Shown: positions 36,936 through 46,642, numbered from the stretch's first letter. The stretch: 64,000 bases of DNA from Candidatus Eiseniibacteriota bacterium (GCA_963744995.1 CAVUWA010000010.1:800001-864000); one strand, 5' to 3'. Program-made: numbers and translations. Notes: generated from the letters alone by a model not told the origin.

Positions 36936-38710
36936 TTCCACCACCCGTCGACCGCGGCGATCACCTCGTGTGTATTCGCCACCGGCTCGGGATAGCCCTG
37001 CTTCCAGCTCGCATCGATGCCGAGCGGACCTCTGCACTGAAGCCACGCGCCGCGCGACTCGGTCGCGGCGGGCACGATGTCACGCGCGCAGTCGAAGCGG
37101 GTGAAGATGCCCCACAGCAGCATCGTGTCGTCATCGAGCGGCACGTCCTCGCTCACCGCCACGATGAGCTTGAGCTGCGCGTACTCGGGGCGCAGCACGA
37201 GGCGCTCGATCACCGCCCGGCCTTCGCCCGGGACCTGCACCACCAGCATGCCGCCCCAGGCCAGCCGGTGTGCGCGGATGCCGTTCGCATAGGCGGCCGG
37301 GTCGTCGACGCGCGCCACGAGCGGCGCGGCCGCCGCCGCTTCCGGCGCAGTGCCCGCCGAGCCCGGGTTCTTCGCGTGCGACTGCGCGTCGATCACCATC
37401 TTGCTGCCGAGGTTCATCGTGTAGGAGGTGAAGTCGAGCGTGTCGAGCGGTACGCCGGGAAGCAGCATGAAGTCTTCGGCCGGATCGAAGTGCCGCGCGA
37501 TCGCCTCGAACACCGCGCGCCGGTCGCGCGGGTTCACGTCGCCGTCCACCAGCACGATCGCTTTGGTGAGCGAGAGCTGTCCGGTGCCCATCAGGCCGAG
37601 CGCGGTCTTCTTCCCTTCGCGCGCGAAACGGTTCTCGACCGCGACGACCAGCAGGTTGTGGAAGCCCGCTTCGAAGTAGGCCCACAGGTCCACGATCTCG
37701 GGATGGATCACCTTGAGCACGCCGGTGAACATCTCCTGCACGGCTTCGCCCATCCACAGGTCTTCCTGCGGCGGCTTGCCGACCACGCTCGCCTGGAACA
37801 CCGGGCGCTCGCGATGCGTGATCGCCTTCACGTGGAACACCGGGAACGGCGCCGCGTGCGAGTAGTGGCCGAAGTGATCGCCGAACGGACCCTCCTGCCG
37901 GCGTTCGCCCGCCGGGACCACGCCCTCGATCACGAATTCGGCATCGGCCGGCACCCGCGTCGCGATCGCGGTGCCGCGCGCAAGCCGCGTCGGCGCACCG
38001 CGCAGGAAGCCGGCGAACGCGAGCTCGTCGATCCCTTCGGGCAGCGGCGCGACCGCGGCGAGCAGCGTCGCCGGGTCGGCGCCCACGGCGACCGCGACTT
38101 CGAGGTCGCGCCCCATGCGCTCGGCACGCGCATAGTGGAACCCGCCGCCCTTGCCGATCTGCCAGTGCATGCCGGTGGTGTTCCCGTCATAGACGTGCAT
38201 GCGGTAGATGCCGAGATTGCGCTTCCGGGTTTCCGGGTGCTCGGTGAACACCAGCGGAAACGTGACGAAGCGCCCGCCGTCCTTCGGCCACAGCTGGAGG
38301 ATCGGCAGCGCCTCGAGGCTCGCGGCACGCCTGGCCTGTGCGGGGCCGGCGCCGAGGCGCTTCGCTCTGGACGCCAGCACGCGCCCGGCCGAGCCGCGCA
38401 ACGCCCACAGGTCGCCGAGCGCCTTCGGCGGCAGTGCGTGGAAGAGCTCCTCGATTTCGGCGCCCACCGAGCGCGGCGTGCGGCCGAGCGCCCATTCGAC
38501 CCGCCGCGCCGCAGCGAGCACGTTCACGGCGAGCGGGAACTGCGCGCCGCGCACCTTCTCGAACAGCAGCGCGGGACCTTCGGCCTTCGCTTCGCGGCAG
38601 GCGATCTCGGTGACCTCGTACTTCCAATCCACCTCGCGCGTCACGCGCTTCAGGTCGCCGCGCCGTTCGAGCTCGTCGAGGTACGCAGACAGCGTGCGGA
38701 ATCCACTCAT
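36932..38710 (-). CDS. ubiD: UbiD-family decarboxylase (menaquinone, MqnL-like)
   Basis: GPALLFE, WPKDGG, NLGIYR, EGPFGDHFGHY, VGKPPQED, DTLD; duplicated C-terminal domain. Confidence 0.9.
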   Translation of the reverse strand: MSGFRTLSAYLDELERRGDLKRVTREVDWKYEVTEIACREAKAEGPALLFEKVRGAQFPLAVNVLAAARRVEWALGRTPRSVGAEIEELFHALPPKALGDLWALRGSAGRVLASRAKRLGAGPAQARRAASLEALPILQLWPKDGGRFVTFPLVFTEHPETRKRNLGIYRMHVYDGNTTGMHWQIGKGGGFHYARAERMGRDLEVAVAVGADPATLLAAVAPLPEGIDELAFAGFLRGAPTRLARGTAIATRVPADAEFVIEGVVPAGERRQEGPFGDHFGHYSHAAPFPVFHVKAITHRERPVFQASVVGKPPQEDLWMGEAVQEMFTGVLKVIHPEIVDLWAYFEAGFHNLLVVAVENRFAREGKKTALGLMGTGQLSLTKAIVLVDGDVNPRDRRAVFEAIARHFDPAEDFMLLPGVPLDTLDFTSYTMNLGSKMVIDAQSHAKNPGSAGTAPEAAAAAPLVARVDDPAAYANGIRAHRLAWGGMLVVQVPGEGRAVIERLVLRPEYAQLKLIVAVSEDVPLDDDTMLLWGIFTRFDCARDIVPAATESRGAWLQCRGPLGIDASWKQGYPEPVANTHEVIAAVDGWWK

Positions 38711-38720
38711 GCGCGCGGCC

Positions 38721-41111
38721 TCACGCGGCGGCTCTCGCGAGGCCCATGCGCTCGAGCAGCGCATCGAAGCGCGGATCGCCGCGCAGCGCCTCCCACGACC
38801 AGCGCCACCTGAGCCCCGGGTTCTCGTGGCGGTCGAGCGATCGCGAGAGCCACTCGAATGCCTCGTCGTGGCGGCCCGCGAGGGTCAGGCAATAGGCGAC
38901 CCACCACGCCGGCGCGACGCGGCCGCCTTCGCCTGCGATGATCTGCCGCGACGCCTCGTTCCAGTAGCCCTGCGGCCCGCCGCTCGCGAGCGCCTCGAGC
39001 AGGCGGCGCGAATGAATGGTGGACATGCCGTTCAACGAGTCCATCACGCCGATCGCGCGGGCCGCCTCGGCAAGCCTGCCGTGAAGGTGCATGAGGTCGA
39101 GCTTCTCGAGGTAGATCCGGCCGAAGCTCGGATCGAGACGGACGGTGCGGTCGATCTCCTCTTCCGCTTCCTGGTAGCGCCCGAGCGACGACAGCACCTC
39201 GGCACGCGAGCTGGAGCAGATCTGCGACAGCGGGTCGCCCCGTACGGCGAGGTCCACCTGCGCGAGCGCCTCGTCGAGCCGCCCCTGTTCGAGCAGCAGC
39301 TGGCCGTACCAGAAGTGCCCGTCGCTGTGCCGCGGTTGAACCTGCAGCGCCTTCACGAGGCTGTTCTCGGCCTCGTCCCACTTCCAGAGCATGAACGAAA
39401 CCTCGCCGTGCGCGGTCCGTGCCTCGGCGGACTCGGGATCGAGCTCGATCGCGCGGTCGGCTGCCTGCTCCGCACGGGCGAGGTGCTCGTTTCGCTCGCC
39501 GAGACCGAAGCTGTGCAGCAGCGCGTGGGCCGTCGCCATTCCGGCCCATGCGTTCGCGTCGTCCGGCGCGCGGTCGATCGCGATCCGGAACTGACGGACC
39601 GCCTCGTTCAGATCCTGAATCGTGCGGCGCGCGACGTGGTAGCGGCCGCGCAACATCGCCTCCCAGGCGCGCGGATCCACGCGACCCGGCCGCGCGTTCG
39701 GGCGCTCGGGCAGCAGCACCGCATGCAGCTCGCCGACGATCTCGCTGGCGATCTCCGCCTGCAGGGCGAGCACGTCCTCGACATCACGCTCGAAGCTGCG
39801 CGACCACAGGTGGCGATCGCTCGCCGCGTCGATCAGCTGCGCGGTGACGCGCACGCGATCGCCCGCGCGCAGCACGGTGCCTTCGACCACCGCGTCCACG
39901 CGCAGCTCGCGGGCGATCTGGCGCAGGGACTTGTCGCTGCCCCTGTAGCGCATCACCGAGGTGCGGGAGATGACCTGCAGCGGCGTCACGCGCGCGAGCG
40001 TCGCGATCAGCTCCTCGGTCATGCCCTCGGCGAAATAATCCTCTCCGGCGTCGCCCGATACGTTGTCGAGCGGCAGCACCGCGACCGACTGGATGTCGGG
40101 CGGCGTCCCGCCGCCGCGGCGCTCCGCCGCGCGGTGGAGCACGATGACCAGCGCCACCGCCAGCGCCACCAGCAGCGGGGCGGCCACGCCCCACACCCGC
40201 ATCGGCACGCGGCGACCGCGGCGCCGGCGGGCCTCGGCCTGCGGAAACGGCAGCCCCGCCGCCTCGGCGACCGCCACGCGTTCGGCCGCACGCACGGTCG
40301 AATCGTGCTGCGCGATCTCCAGCGCGGCACGCACTTCGCCCGCGAGCCCGTAGCGCAGCGCCGGGTCCTTCTCGAGACAGCGCGTGATCACGCTCTGCAG
40401 GGTCGGGCTGATGCGCGAAGGCAGCGGCGGCGGCTCCTCGTGGCGAATCGCCTCCTGCAGTTCGCCGAGATCGTGGCCCGTGAACGGGCGCCGGCCGGTA
40501 CACATCTCGTAGAGCAGGACGCCGAACGACCACAGGTCGCTGCGCGCGCTCGAGACGCCCCGCTCGATCGTCTCGGGCGCCATGTAGGCCGGCGTGCCCT
40601 GCGACTCGTCCTCGCCCTCGTGCGCGGCGTCCGCCGGCACTGCGATGCCGAAGTCGAGCACCTTGAGCAGCCCGGTCTCGGTGATCATCACGTTGTTGAT
40701 CTTGAGATCGCGATGGATGAGCCCCGCGCGATGCGCCTCGCCGAGCGCGTCGGCGATCTGCAGGCCGTAGCGCAGCACCCGCGACGCCGGCAGACCGCCT
40801 TCGGGCACGATCGAGCCGAGCGTTTCGCCGCGGACCAGCTCCATCACGATGTACACACGGCCGTCGGCTTCGCCGACCTCGTGCACGGTGCAGACGTTGG
40901 GGTGATTGATGGATGATGCCAGCCGCGCCTCGCGCAGCAGCGCGCCGCGCGAGGCCGGGTCGGGGCTCATCCACGGCGCCAGGACCTTGATCGCCACGTC
41001 GCGGCCGAGGCGCTCGTCGTGCGCGCGGTAGACGACGCCCATGCCGCCGAACCCGAGCTCCTCGACCAGCCGGTAGGGTCCGAGGTGGTCGCCGGGCTTC
41101 AGGCCCGTCAT
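38721..41111 (-). CDS. Membrane-spanning Ser/Thr protein kinase with TolB-like and TPR domains
   Basis: GFGGMGVV, VAIK, HRDLKINN, DFG, GTPAYMAPE, TM helix, SVAVLPL..EGMTEE, TPRs, DPRF tail; ATGA overlap with the ubiX stop. Confidence 0.9.
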   Translation of the reverse strand: MTGLKPGDHLGPYRLVEELGFGGMGVVYRAHDERLGRDVAIKVLAPWMSPDPASRGALLREARLASSINHPNVCTVHEVGEADGRVYIVMELVRGETLGSIVPEGGLPASRVLRYGLQIADALGEAHRAGLIHRDLKINNVMITETGLLKVLDFGIAVPADAAHEGEDESQGTPAYMAPETIERGVSSARSDLWSFGVLLYEMCTGRRPFTGHDLGELQEAIRHEEPPPLPSRISPTLQSVITRCLEKDPALRYGLAGEVRAALEIAQHDSTVRAAERVAVAEAAGLPFPQAEARRRRGRRVPMRVWGVAAPLLVALAVALVIVLHRAAERRGGGTPPDIQSVAVLPLDNVSGDAGEDYFAEGMTEELIATLARVTPLQVISRTSVMRYRGSDKSLRQIARELRVDAVVEGTVLRAGDRVRVTAQLIDAASDRHLWSRSFERDVEDVLALQAEIASEIVGELHAVLLPERPNARPGRVDPRAWEAMLRGRYHVARRTIQDLNEAVRQFRIAIDRAPDDANAWAGMATAHALLHSFGLGERNEHLARAEQAADRAIELDPESAEARTAHGEVSFMLWKWDEAENSLVKALQVQPRHSDGHFWYGQLLLEQGRLDEALAQVDLAVRGDPLSQICSSSRAEVLSSLGRYQEAEEEIDRTVRLDPSFGRIYLEKLDLMHLHGRLAEAARAIGVMDSLNGMSTIHSRRLLEALASGGPQGYWNEASRQIIAGEGGRVAPAWWVAYCLTLAGRHDEAFEWLSRSLDRHENPGLRWRWSWEALRGDPRFDALLERMGLARAAA

Positions 41112-41668
41112 CCGAGCGCCTCCTCGCGCCAGCCCCGGCCTGCGCCCTCGCCGAGCAGGGCGAGGATCTTGTCGGTGAAACCGGTCACGAGCTCGTCCAC
41201 GCTCTGCGGCTGGTGATAGAACGGCGGCGACACCGGCATGATCACGACGCCGTCGCGCGAGAGGCGCAGCGCGCCCTCCAGCGCGATCGTCGAGAGCGGA
41301 GTCTCGCGCACGCACAGCACGATTCGCATGCGCTCCTTGAGCGCGACCGCCGCCGCGCGGGTGATCAGCGTGTCGGCGATGCCGGCGGCGATCTTGCCGA
41401 GCGTGGACACGCTGCACGGCACGATGACGAGCGCGTCGTAGCGGTTGGACCCCGACGCGAACGGCGCCGCCAGGTCCGTGTCCTGGAACGTGCCCCTGAC
41501 GTGGCTCGCGAGGTCCGACGCTTTGAGGCCGGTCTCCGATTGCATCACCTGCCGCGCCCAGTCGGACATCACCAGGTACTTCTCGCCCGGACAGCGGCGG
41601 ACGAAGTCCACGCCGAAGGCGCTGCCGGAGGCCCCCGTCATGCCGATCAGGTAGCGCTTCGTACTCAT
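41108..41668 (-). CDS. ubiX: Flavin prenyltransferase (UbiX/MqnM-like)
   Basis: GMTGASG, ASGS, VPCS, RAA.VALKER, RETP, PPFY. Confidence 0.93.
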   Translation of the reverse strand: MSTKRYLIGMTGASGSAFGVDFVRRCPGEKYLVMSDWARQVMQSETGLKASDLASHVRGTFQDTDLAAPFASGSNRYDALVIVPCSVSTLGKIAAGIADTLITRAAAVALKERMRIVLCVRETPLSTIALEGALRLSRDGVVIMPVSPPFYHQPQSVDELVTGFTDKILALLGEGAGRGWREEALG

Positions 41669-41687
41669 CGCGGCGCTCGCACGGGCA

Positions 41688-42593
41688 TCAGAAGCCCCCG
41701 GCCGCACGCGCGGTCAGCACCAGGGCGAGCACGGCGAAGCCGACGACCACGTTCACCTTGAAGAAGGCCAGGTTCACGTCTTCGCCCCAGCGCTGTTCGA
41801 GCCCGAGCAGCACGCCGATGCCGATGGCGAGGCCGAGCATCGCGGGCATCGCCCACGCCGGTTCCCGGCGGACGTAGCCCATGAGCAGGAACACGATGGG
41901 CACCAGGCACAACATCGCGGCCAGGTGCAGGAACGCCGAGATGCGCATCGCGGTGGTGCGGCCGAGCCAGGCGACCATGGACTTCACGCCATGCTGGCGG
42001 TCGAAGTCCTCGTCGAGCGTGGCGTAGATGATGTCGAATCCCGCGACCCAGCAGAGCGCGAACCCGGCGAGGAGGAGCGACCCCTGCGGGTGGGCGAGGT
42101 CCGGGTGCGCCGCGGCATAGCCCGCGAGCGGCGCCAGCGCGAGGGCGAGGCCCACGCCCAGGTGACAGAACGGCGTCACCCGCTTCATGTACGGGTAGCC
42201 GACGAATACCGCGAGCGGCACCCAGGAGACGCTCAGGTACCAGCGCCCGAGCAGGCCGCAGCACACGAGGTAGACCGCGAGGCTCGCGGCGAGCAGGCCG
42301 AGCGCCTCGCGCAGCGACATGCGCCCGGCCGGCAGCTCGCGCGTCTGCGTGCGCGGGTTGCGGGCGTCGATGTGGCGGTCGATCAGCCGGTTGATCGCGA
42401 GCGCCGACGTGCGCGCGCCCACCGCCGCGAGCGCGATCAGGACCCAGCGCCAGGCGCTCAGGGCCGGGCCGGGGACGCTGAACACGCCGGCCACCATGAG
42501 CGGCAGCGAAAACAGCGTGTGCTCGAACCGCACGAACGAGGCGTAGGTGCGCAGGCGCTCGACGGGGCGGATGGTCTGGGTCGCAGTGGTCAT
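41688..42593 (-). CDS. ubiA: UbiA-family polyprenyltransferase (MqnP-like)
   Basis: FEHTLFSLP, NRLIDRHIDARNPRT..RELP, YMKR, GFDIIYATLD..FD, AFF.VN. Confidence 0.9.
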   Translation of the reverse strand: MTTATQTIRPVERLRTYASFVRFEHTLFSLPLMVAGVFSVPGPALSAWRWVLIALAAVGARTSALAINRLIDRHIDARNPRTQTRELPAGRMSLREALGLLAASLAVYLVCCGLLGRWYLSVSWVPLAVFVGYPYMKRVTPFCHLGVGLALALAPLAGYAAAHPDLAHPQGSLLLAGFALCWVAGFDIIYATLDEDFDRQHGVKSMVAWLGRTTAMRISAFLHLAAMLCLVPIVFLLMGYVRREPAWAMPAMLGLAIGIGVLLGLEQRWGEDVNLAFFKVNVVVGFAVLALVLTARAAGGF

Positions 42594-42797
42594 GAGTGGC
42601 CGCGCCCGCACCGGCCGGGCGCCCCATGCGCCGGCGACGACCGTGGGCGGTGGCGTCGGGCGTCAGAGACTATGGGCGCCCGCGGGGCGAGGCAAATCGC
42701 CGGTGGCGGCCTCCGGCGACCGGCCGGGGCGGCCCGGGGCGGGCGGCCGGGACCTCGCCTGCGGACCCCGCGCCGACCCGGCCGGCCGGCGCAGCGT

Positions 42798-44120
42798 CTA
42801 GGGGTCCGGGCGGTCCGCGGTGCCGAGGAGATGGATCAGGCGACTGCGGCTCTCCGCGCTCAGCGAGACGTACTCGAGACCGACGTGCGCCTCTTCGTTC
42901 CCGCCCGGATCGGCCAGCGTTGCGAACTCGATCCAGGCGATACGGCCCGCCACCTGCACGGGCTCGCCGCCGGGTCCGAGCGAGACCTCGAGCGACACGA
43001 GCGCGTGGGGCCTGATCGCCGCCGATTGCCTGAGCGGCGCGGCGCGGAAGGCGAGCCCCAGACCGTGGCTCGAGAGGTCGACGATGCGGCCTTCGAGAGG
43101 TGCGCTCCGCGTCCCGGCCTCGTGGAGCAGCACCGCGCGGGTCTCGAGCAGAACGGCCATCCGGGGCTCACGGCGCCCCTCTTCGGGCGCCCCGACCGCG
43201 GCCGCCGGCCCGGCGAGCGGGCCGGGCCCGGGCGTCGCGGGCGCGGCGGCCGCCGCGAATGCGGACGCCGGCGCCGGCGGGGCGGGCCGTTCACCGGGCG
43301 CGCGGGCCGGGGCCGGGTCGACGCCCGCATGCGCGGACGCGGCCGCCGGCGGGGGCCCGGCTTCATCCGAAATGGACCCGGGAGCCGCTGCGGCGGGCCC
43401 GCCCGCGTGCGCCGCGAGGTCCGTGCGGCGCGCCCGGTCGAGCAGCGTGACGATGCCGGGTTCGAACTGGATCACCTCGCTCGGCAGCTCGGCCTCGACC
43501 TCGAGCCAGCGCGCCTCCGGGTCACCGGGCGGCAGGTGGATCAGGTCCCCTTCTTCGGCGGTGAACTCGGCGCGCGCCGCGTCGTGGTTGCTGACGATCG
43601 CCCACTGAACGCGCCCGAAGTAGACGACCCAGAGCACCCCGGCCGGTTCGTGGATCGCACGCGGTTCGAGGTCGAGCGGCACCACGGCGGACTGTTCCGC
43701 GACCGCAGTGAACGATTCGGGTGGCAGTGCGAGCAGCGCCCCGGGCGGAAGCTGGCCGGACGACTCGTGGTCCGCCTGTCTTTCGCGCGAGCCGGCCAGC
43801 GCGCGGAACCACTCCTGGATCGCCCGGTAGCGATCGGGATGACGCTGGGCGAACGAGACCATACCGTCGAGGCGGCGCTGGGTCGCGATCGCACGGAACA
43901 GATCACCGCGTCCGACCGCAAGCGGCAGCAGGCGCTCGTAGTGCATCAGAGCGAACGCGCGCTGACGCCCGCGCACCAGCAGCGAGGCGAGCAGCGCCCG
44001 CGTCGACAGGTCGTAGGGGTCCCGGTCGAGGTGGGCGCGCGCAAGGCGCGCGCATTCGGTCCAGGCCCCGTCGCGATACGGCCCGACGATGTCGTGCCAT
44101 TGGCGCACGCGTGGCTTCAT
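42798..44120 (-). CDS. PilZ-domain protein with N-terminal helical and cNMP/cupin-like regions
   Basis: RREPR (RxxxR) and DLSSHG (DxSxxG) PilZ motifs, C-terminal GRIAW..HVGLEY; Pro/Ala linker. Confidence 0.7.
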   Translation of the reverse strand: MKPRVRQWHDIVGPYRDGAWTECARLARAHLDRDPYDLSTRALLASLLVRGRQRAFALMHYERLLPLAVGRGDLFRAIATQRRLDGMVSFAQRHPDRYRAIQEWFRALAGSRERQADHESSGQLPPGALLALPPESFTAVAEQSAVVPLDLEPRAIHEPAGVLWVVYFGRVQWAIVSNHDAARAEFTAEEGDLIHLPPGDPEARWLEVEAELPSEVIQFEPGIVTLLDRARRTDLAAHAGGPAAAAPGSISDEAGPPPAAASAHAGVDPAPARAPGERPAPPAPASAFAAAAAPATPGPGPLAGPAAAVGAPEEGRREPRMAVLLETRAVLLHEAGTRSAPLEGRIVDLSSHGLGLAFRAAPLRQSAAIRPHALVSLEVSLGPGGEPVQVAGRIAWIEFATLADPGGNEEAHVGLEYVSLSAESRSRLIHLLGTADRPDP

Positions 44121-44231
44121 GACCCGAGGGGGGTTGGAGAGCGGCGCCGGGGGACTTCCCCGGCCTTCGTCCGGTATCGGCCTTCGCAGCCAAGCCCTTG
44201 AGCGCGAGCGGATTCGGCGGCGGAACGCGGT

Positions 44232-45197
44232 TCAGCGCGCAGCAGCCGGTGCCGCCGGCCGGCTGAAGCGCGCCGACTGCGTGAGCCAGACGCCGCCCAG
44301 CACCAGGGCGAGCGAGACGCCGAACGACGGCGGCAGCGCTTCGTGGAGCAGAGCCCACGCCAGCGCCGCCGCGACCACCGGCTGCAGATTGGTGAGCATC
44401 GCCACCGTCGAGGACTTCAAATGACGCAGCCCCCAGAACCAGATCACGTAGTTGAGCGCCGAAGTGAGCCAGGCCAGGTAGAAGACCCCGCTCCAGCCGC
44501 CCGCGCTCACGTGCGACAGATCCGCGCGCGCCAGGGCGAACACGCCGATCGGCACGAACATCAGGGTCCCGGTGACCAGCGCCTCGGTGGTGACGACCAG
44601 TGCGCCGTAGCGGCGCGTCGTCTCGCGGCCGAGCACCATGTAGGCCGCCCATGCGATCACCGCACCGAGAATCAGCAGGTCGCCGGCGAGCGAATGGCGG
44701 TCGATGTGGAGCCCGCGTTCGAGCAGCAGGATCAGGACGCCGGCGAAGGCGAGCCCCATGCCGGTGAATTCGCGCCAGCCCGGCCGGCTCTCGCCGCGCA
44801 CGAAACCGATCAACGCGACGAATGCCGGCGTCAGCGCGTAGAGCAGCGCCGCGTGCGAGGCGCTCGCCCACTGCATGCCCGAAAGGAACAGCCCCTGGTT
44901 GAGCGGCACCGCGAGCAGACCGAGCACGATCACCTGCCGCCGATCCACCGCGGCCACCCGCCTCCCCGGGCGCAGCCAGCGCGTGAGCGGCACCAGCAGC
45001 GCGGTCGCGAGCGCGAAGCGCAGCATCGCCAGCGCGAGCGGCGGGAACTCGGTGAGCGTCTGTTTCGCGACCAGAAACGTCCCGCTCGCGATGAGCACGT
45101 TGATGCCGAGCGCGGGCAGGAGGAGCGGCGGCCGGGGCGCGGCGCCCGCAGGCGGCTGGCGCTCGGCGAGCGCGGGCGAGACGTAGGTGGTCGACAT
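44232..45197 (-). CDS. DMT/EamA family transporter
   Basis: Ten TM helices in two EamA repeats; PPLALAMLRF, GDLL, NLQPV, LHE. Confidence 0.9.
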   Translation of the reverse strand: MSTTYVSPALAERQPPAGAAPRPPLLLPALGINVLIASGTFLVAKQTLTEFPPLALAMLRFALATALLVPLTRWLRPGRRVAAVDRRQVIVLGLLAVPLNQGLFLSGMQWASASHAALLYALTPAFVALIGFVRGESRPGWREFTGMGLAFAGVLILLLERGLHIDRHSLAGDLLILGAVIAWAAYMVLGRETTRRYGALVVTTEALVTGTLMFVPIGVFALARADLSHVSAGGWSGVFYLAWLTSALNYVIWFWGLRHLKSSTVAMLTNLQPVVAAALAWALLHEALPPSFGVSLALVLGGVWLTQSARFSRPAAPAAAR

Positions 45198-45760
45198 GAA
45201 CGCGGCACGCTACGCGCGGGCGCCGCGGGCGTCCAGCGGAACGGACACGCGGGGCGGGCCGCTTCGTGCGCCCGCCCCCGGTTCGAGCGTGTCCCTTCGC
45301 TCGGATTCACTCGCATCGCCCCGACCGACAAGGCAGCGGAGTGGCACCGCTTCGGCGAACCGGCCCCCGATAACGATCCCCCTCCACGGGCCCCTGCCGC
45401 TCCTTGCCTGTCGTGGTTCGAGACCTTGCGGCCTCGCCGATCCCCCATCGCAATGCGCGGGCCAGTGCGCGTGCAGAGGCGCGGCTCGCGATCATCGCGT
45501 TGGAGCCCAACGTCTTCGCAGGTGGAGCGCGATCGGAGCATGCACGGCAGCGCCGCGCGAACCGTCCACGCGGGCGTCGAATGCGACGCGCCGAGGACGC
45601 TCTGAAAGCGCAGGCGGGCCGGGCGGGCACACCGCTGCGGCCGGGTCGCTGCGCCGGGCGGCGCCCCGGACGGCGGCCCGACGATGACGGCCGCCCCCGG
45701 ACATGCGAAGGCCCGGGCGGCGCCTCGCGCCACACCCGGGCCGATGTCCAGGGTGAACGA

Positions 45761-46471
45761 CTAGAAACCGAAGCGCATCCCGCCGCGGAAGCAGCCGTAC
45801 TTCACCGACGCGTTGTACTTGGAACCGTCCTGCTCGCCCGAACCCCAGCCGAACTGGCTGTACTGTTCGATGAAAGCGCTGTTCCTTGCGCCGACGGAGT
45901 AGCGGAGACCCACGGCGGTATCGAGTCCGAAGACCTTGAACGGCTCGCCGTCCACCTCGCTCACGCCGTCGTCGAAGGTGCCCTTGGTGGTGGAGTAGAA
46001 GGCGCCGATCTGGCCGTACGCCGCGGTCTTCGTGGTGATGGGCGCCAGGCACCCGATGTCGAGGCTGCCGTAGATCGCCTTGAGAGTGACCTTGTCCGTA
46101 TAGCCTGCGACGCCGCCGACCTCGAGCTTCTCGTTGCCGATGCCGTAACCGCCCATCCCGCGGTAGTAGAGACCTGAATTCACATTGGGGCGGAACGTGT
46201 AGTCGACGCCGGCGCCGATCACGGAACCACTCCAGTTGTAGACCGCGCTGCCCATGCCACCCGGCGTCAGGGCGTCCGCGTCCTGATAGAACACCTGGAT
46301 GCCCGCCTCCTGCTTCGGCAGCTTGCTGAGGATGTCGGCGACGCTTGCCACCGGCGTCGCCTCAAGCTCCTCCCTCGAGATGACATCGTTGCTGCCGGCA
46401 GCGAACGCGGGCGTCACCGCCAGCAGGAACAGCATGGGAACGAACCAGCGGACGAGCGTGCACTTCTTCAT
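45761..46471 (-). CDS. Outer-membrane beta-barrel protein with a TonB-plug-like N-terminal motif
   Basis: AGGAGG RBS, signal peptide ending AFA-A, amphipathic strands, C-terminal GGMRFGF. Confidence 0.8.
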   Translation of the reverse strand: MKKCTLVRWFVPMLFLLAVTPAFAAGSNDVISREELEATPVASVADILSKLPKQEAGIQVFYQDADALTPGGMGSAVYNWSGSVIGAGVDYTFRPNVNSGLYYRGMGGYGIGNEKLEVGGVAGYTDKVTLKAIYGSLDIGCLAPITTKTAAYGQIGAFYSTTKGTFDDGVSEVDGEPFKVFGLDTAVGLRYSVGARNSAFIEQYSQFGWGSGEQDGSKYNASVKYGCFRGGMRFGF

Positions 46472-46540
46472 TGCGCGACCTCCTGTGGAGACGAGAGGGG
46501 TGAACAGAAACCGGCGGCATGCTAGCGCACGATCCCGTTC

Positions 46541-46569
46541 TTGACAGGTGCACGGGTGTGCACTATGGT
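46541..46569 (+). promoter_or_regulatory. lexA sigma70 promoter containing a putative LexA box
   Basis: TTGACA (46541-46546)-17 bp-TATGGT (46564-46569). The spacer holds GTGCAC-gggt-GTGCAC (46548-46563). Confidence 0.85.
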
Positions 46570-46642
46570 GCGCCGGTGCCGGGTTCGAAACCTTGGGTCC
46601 CAGACGGCCGGACCGGGAGTCCGCCGTTGGAGGAACGCGAAC

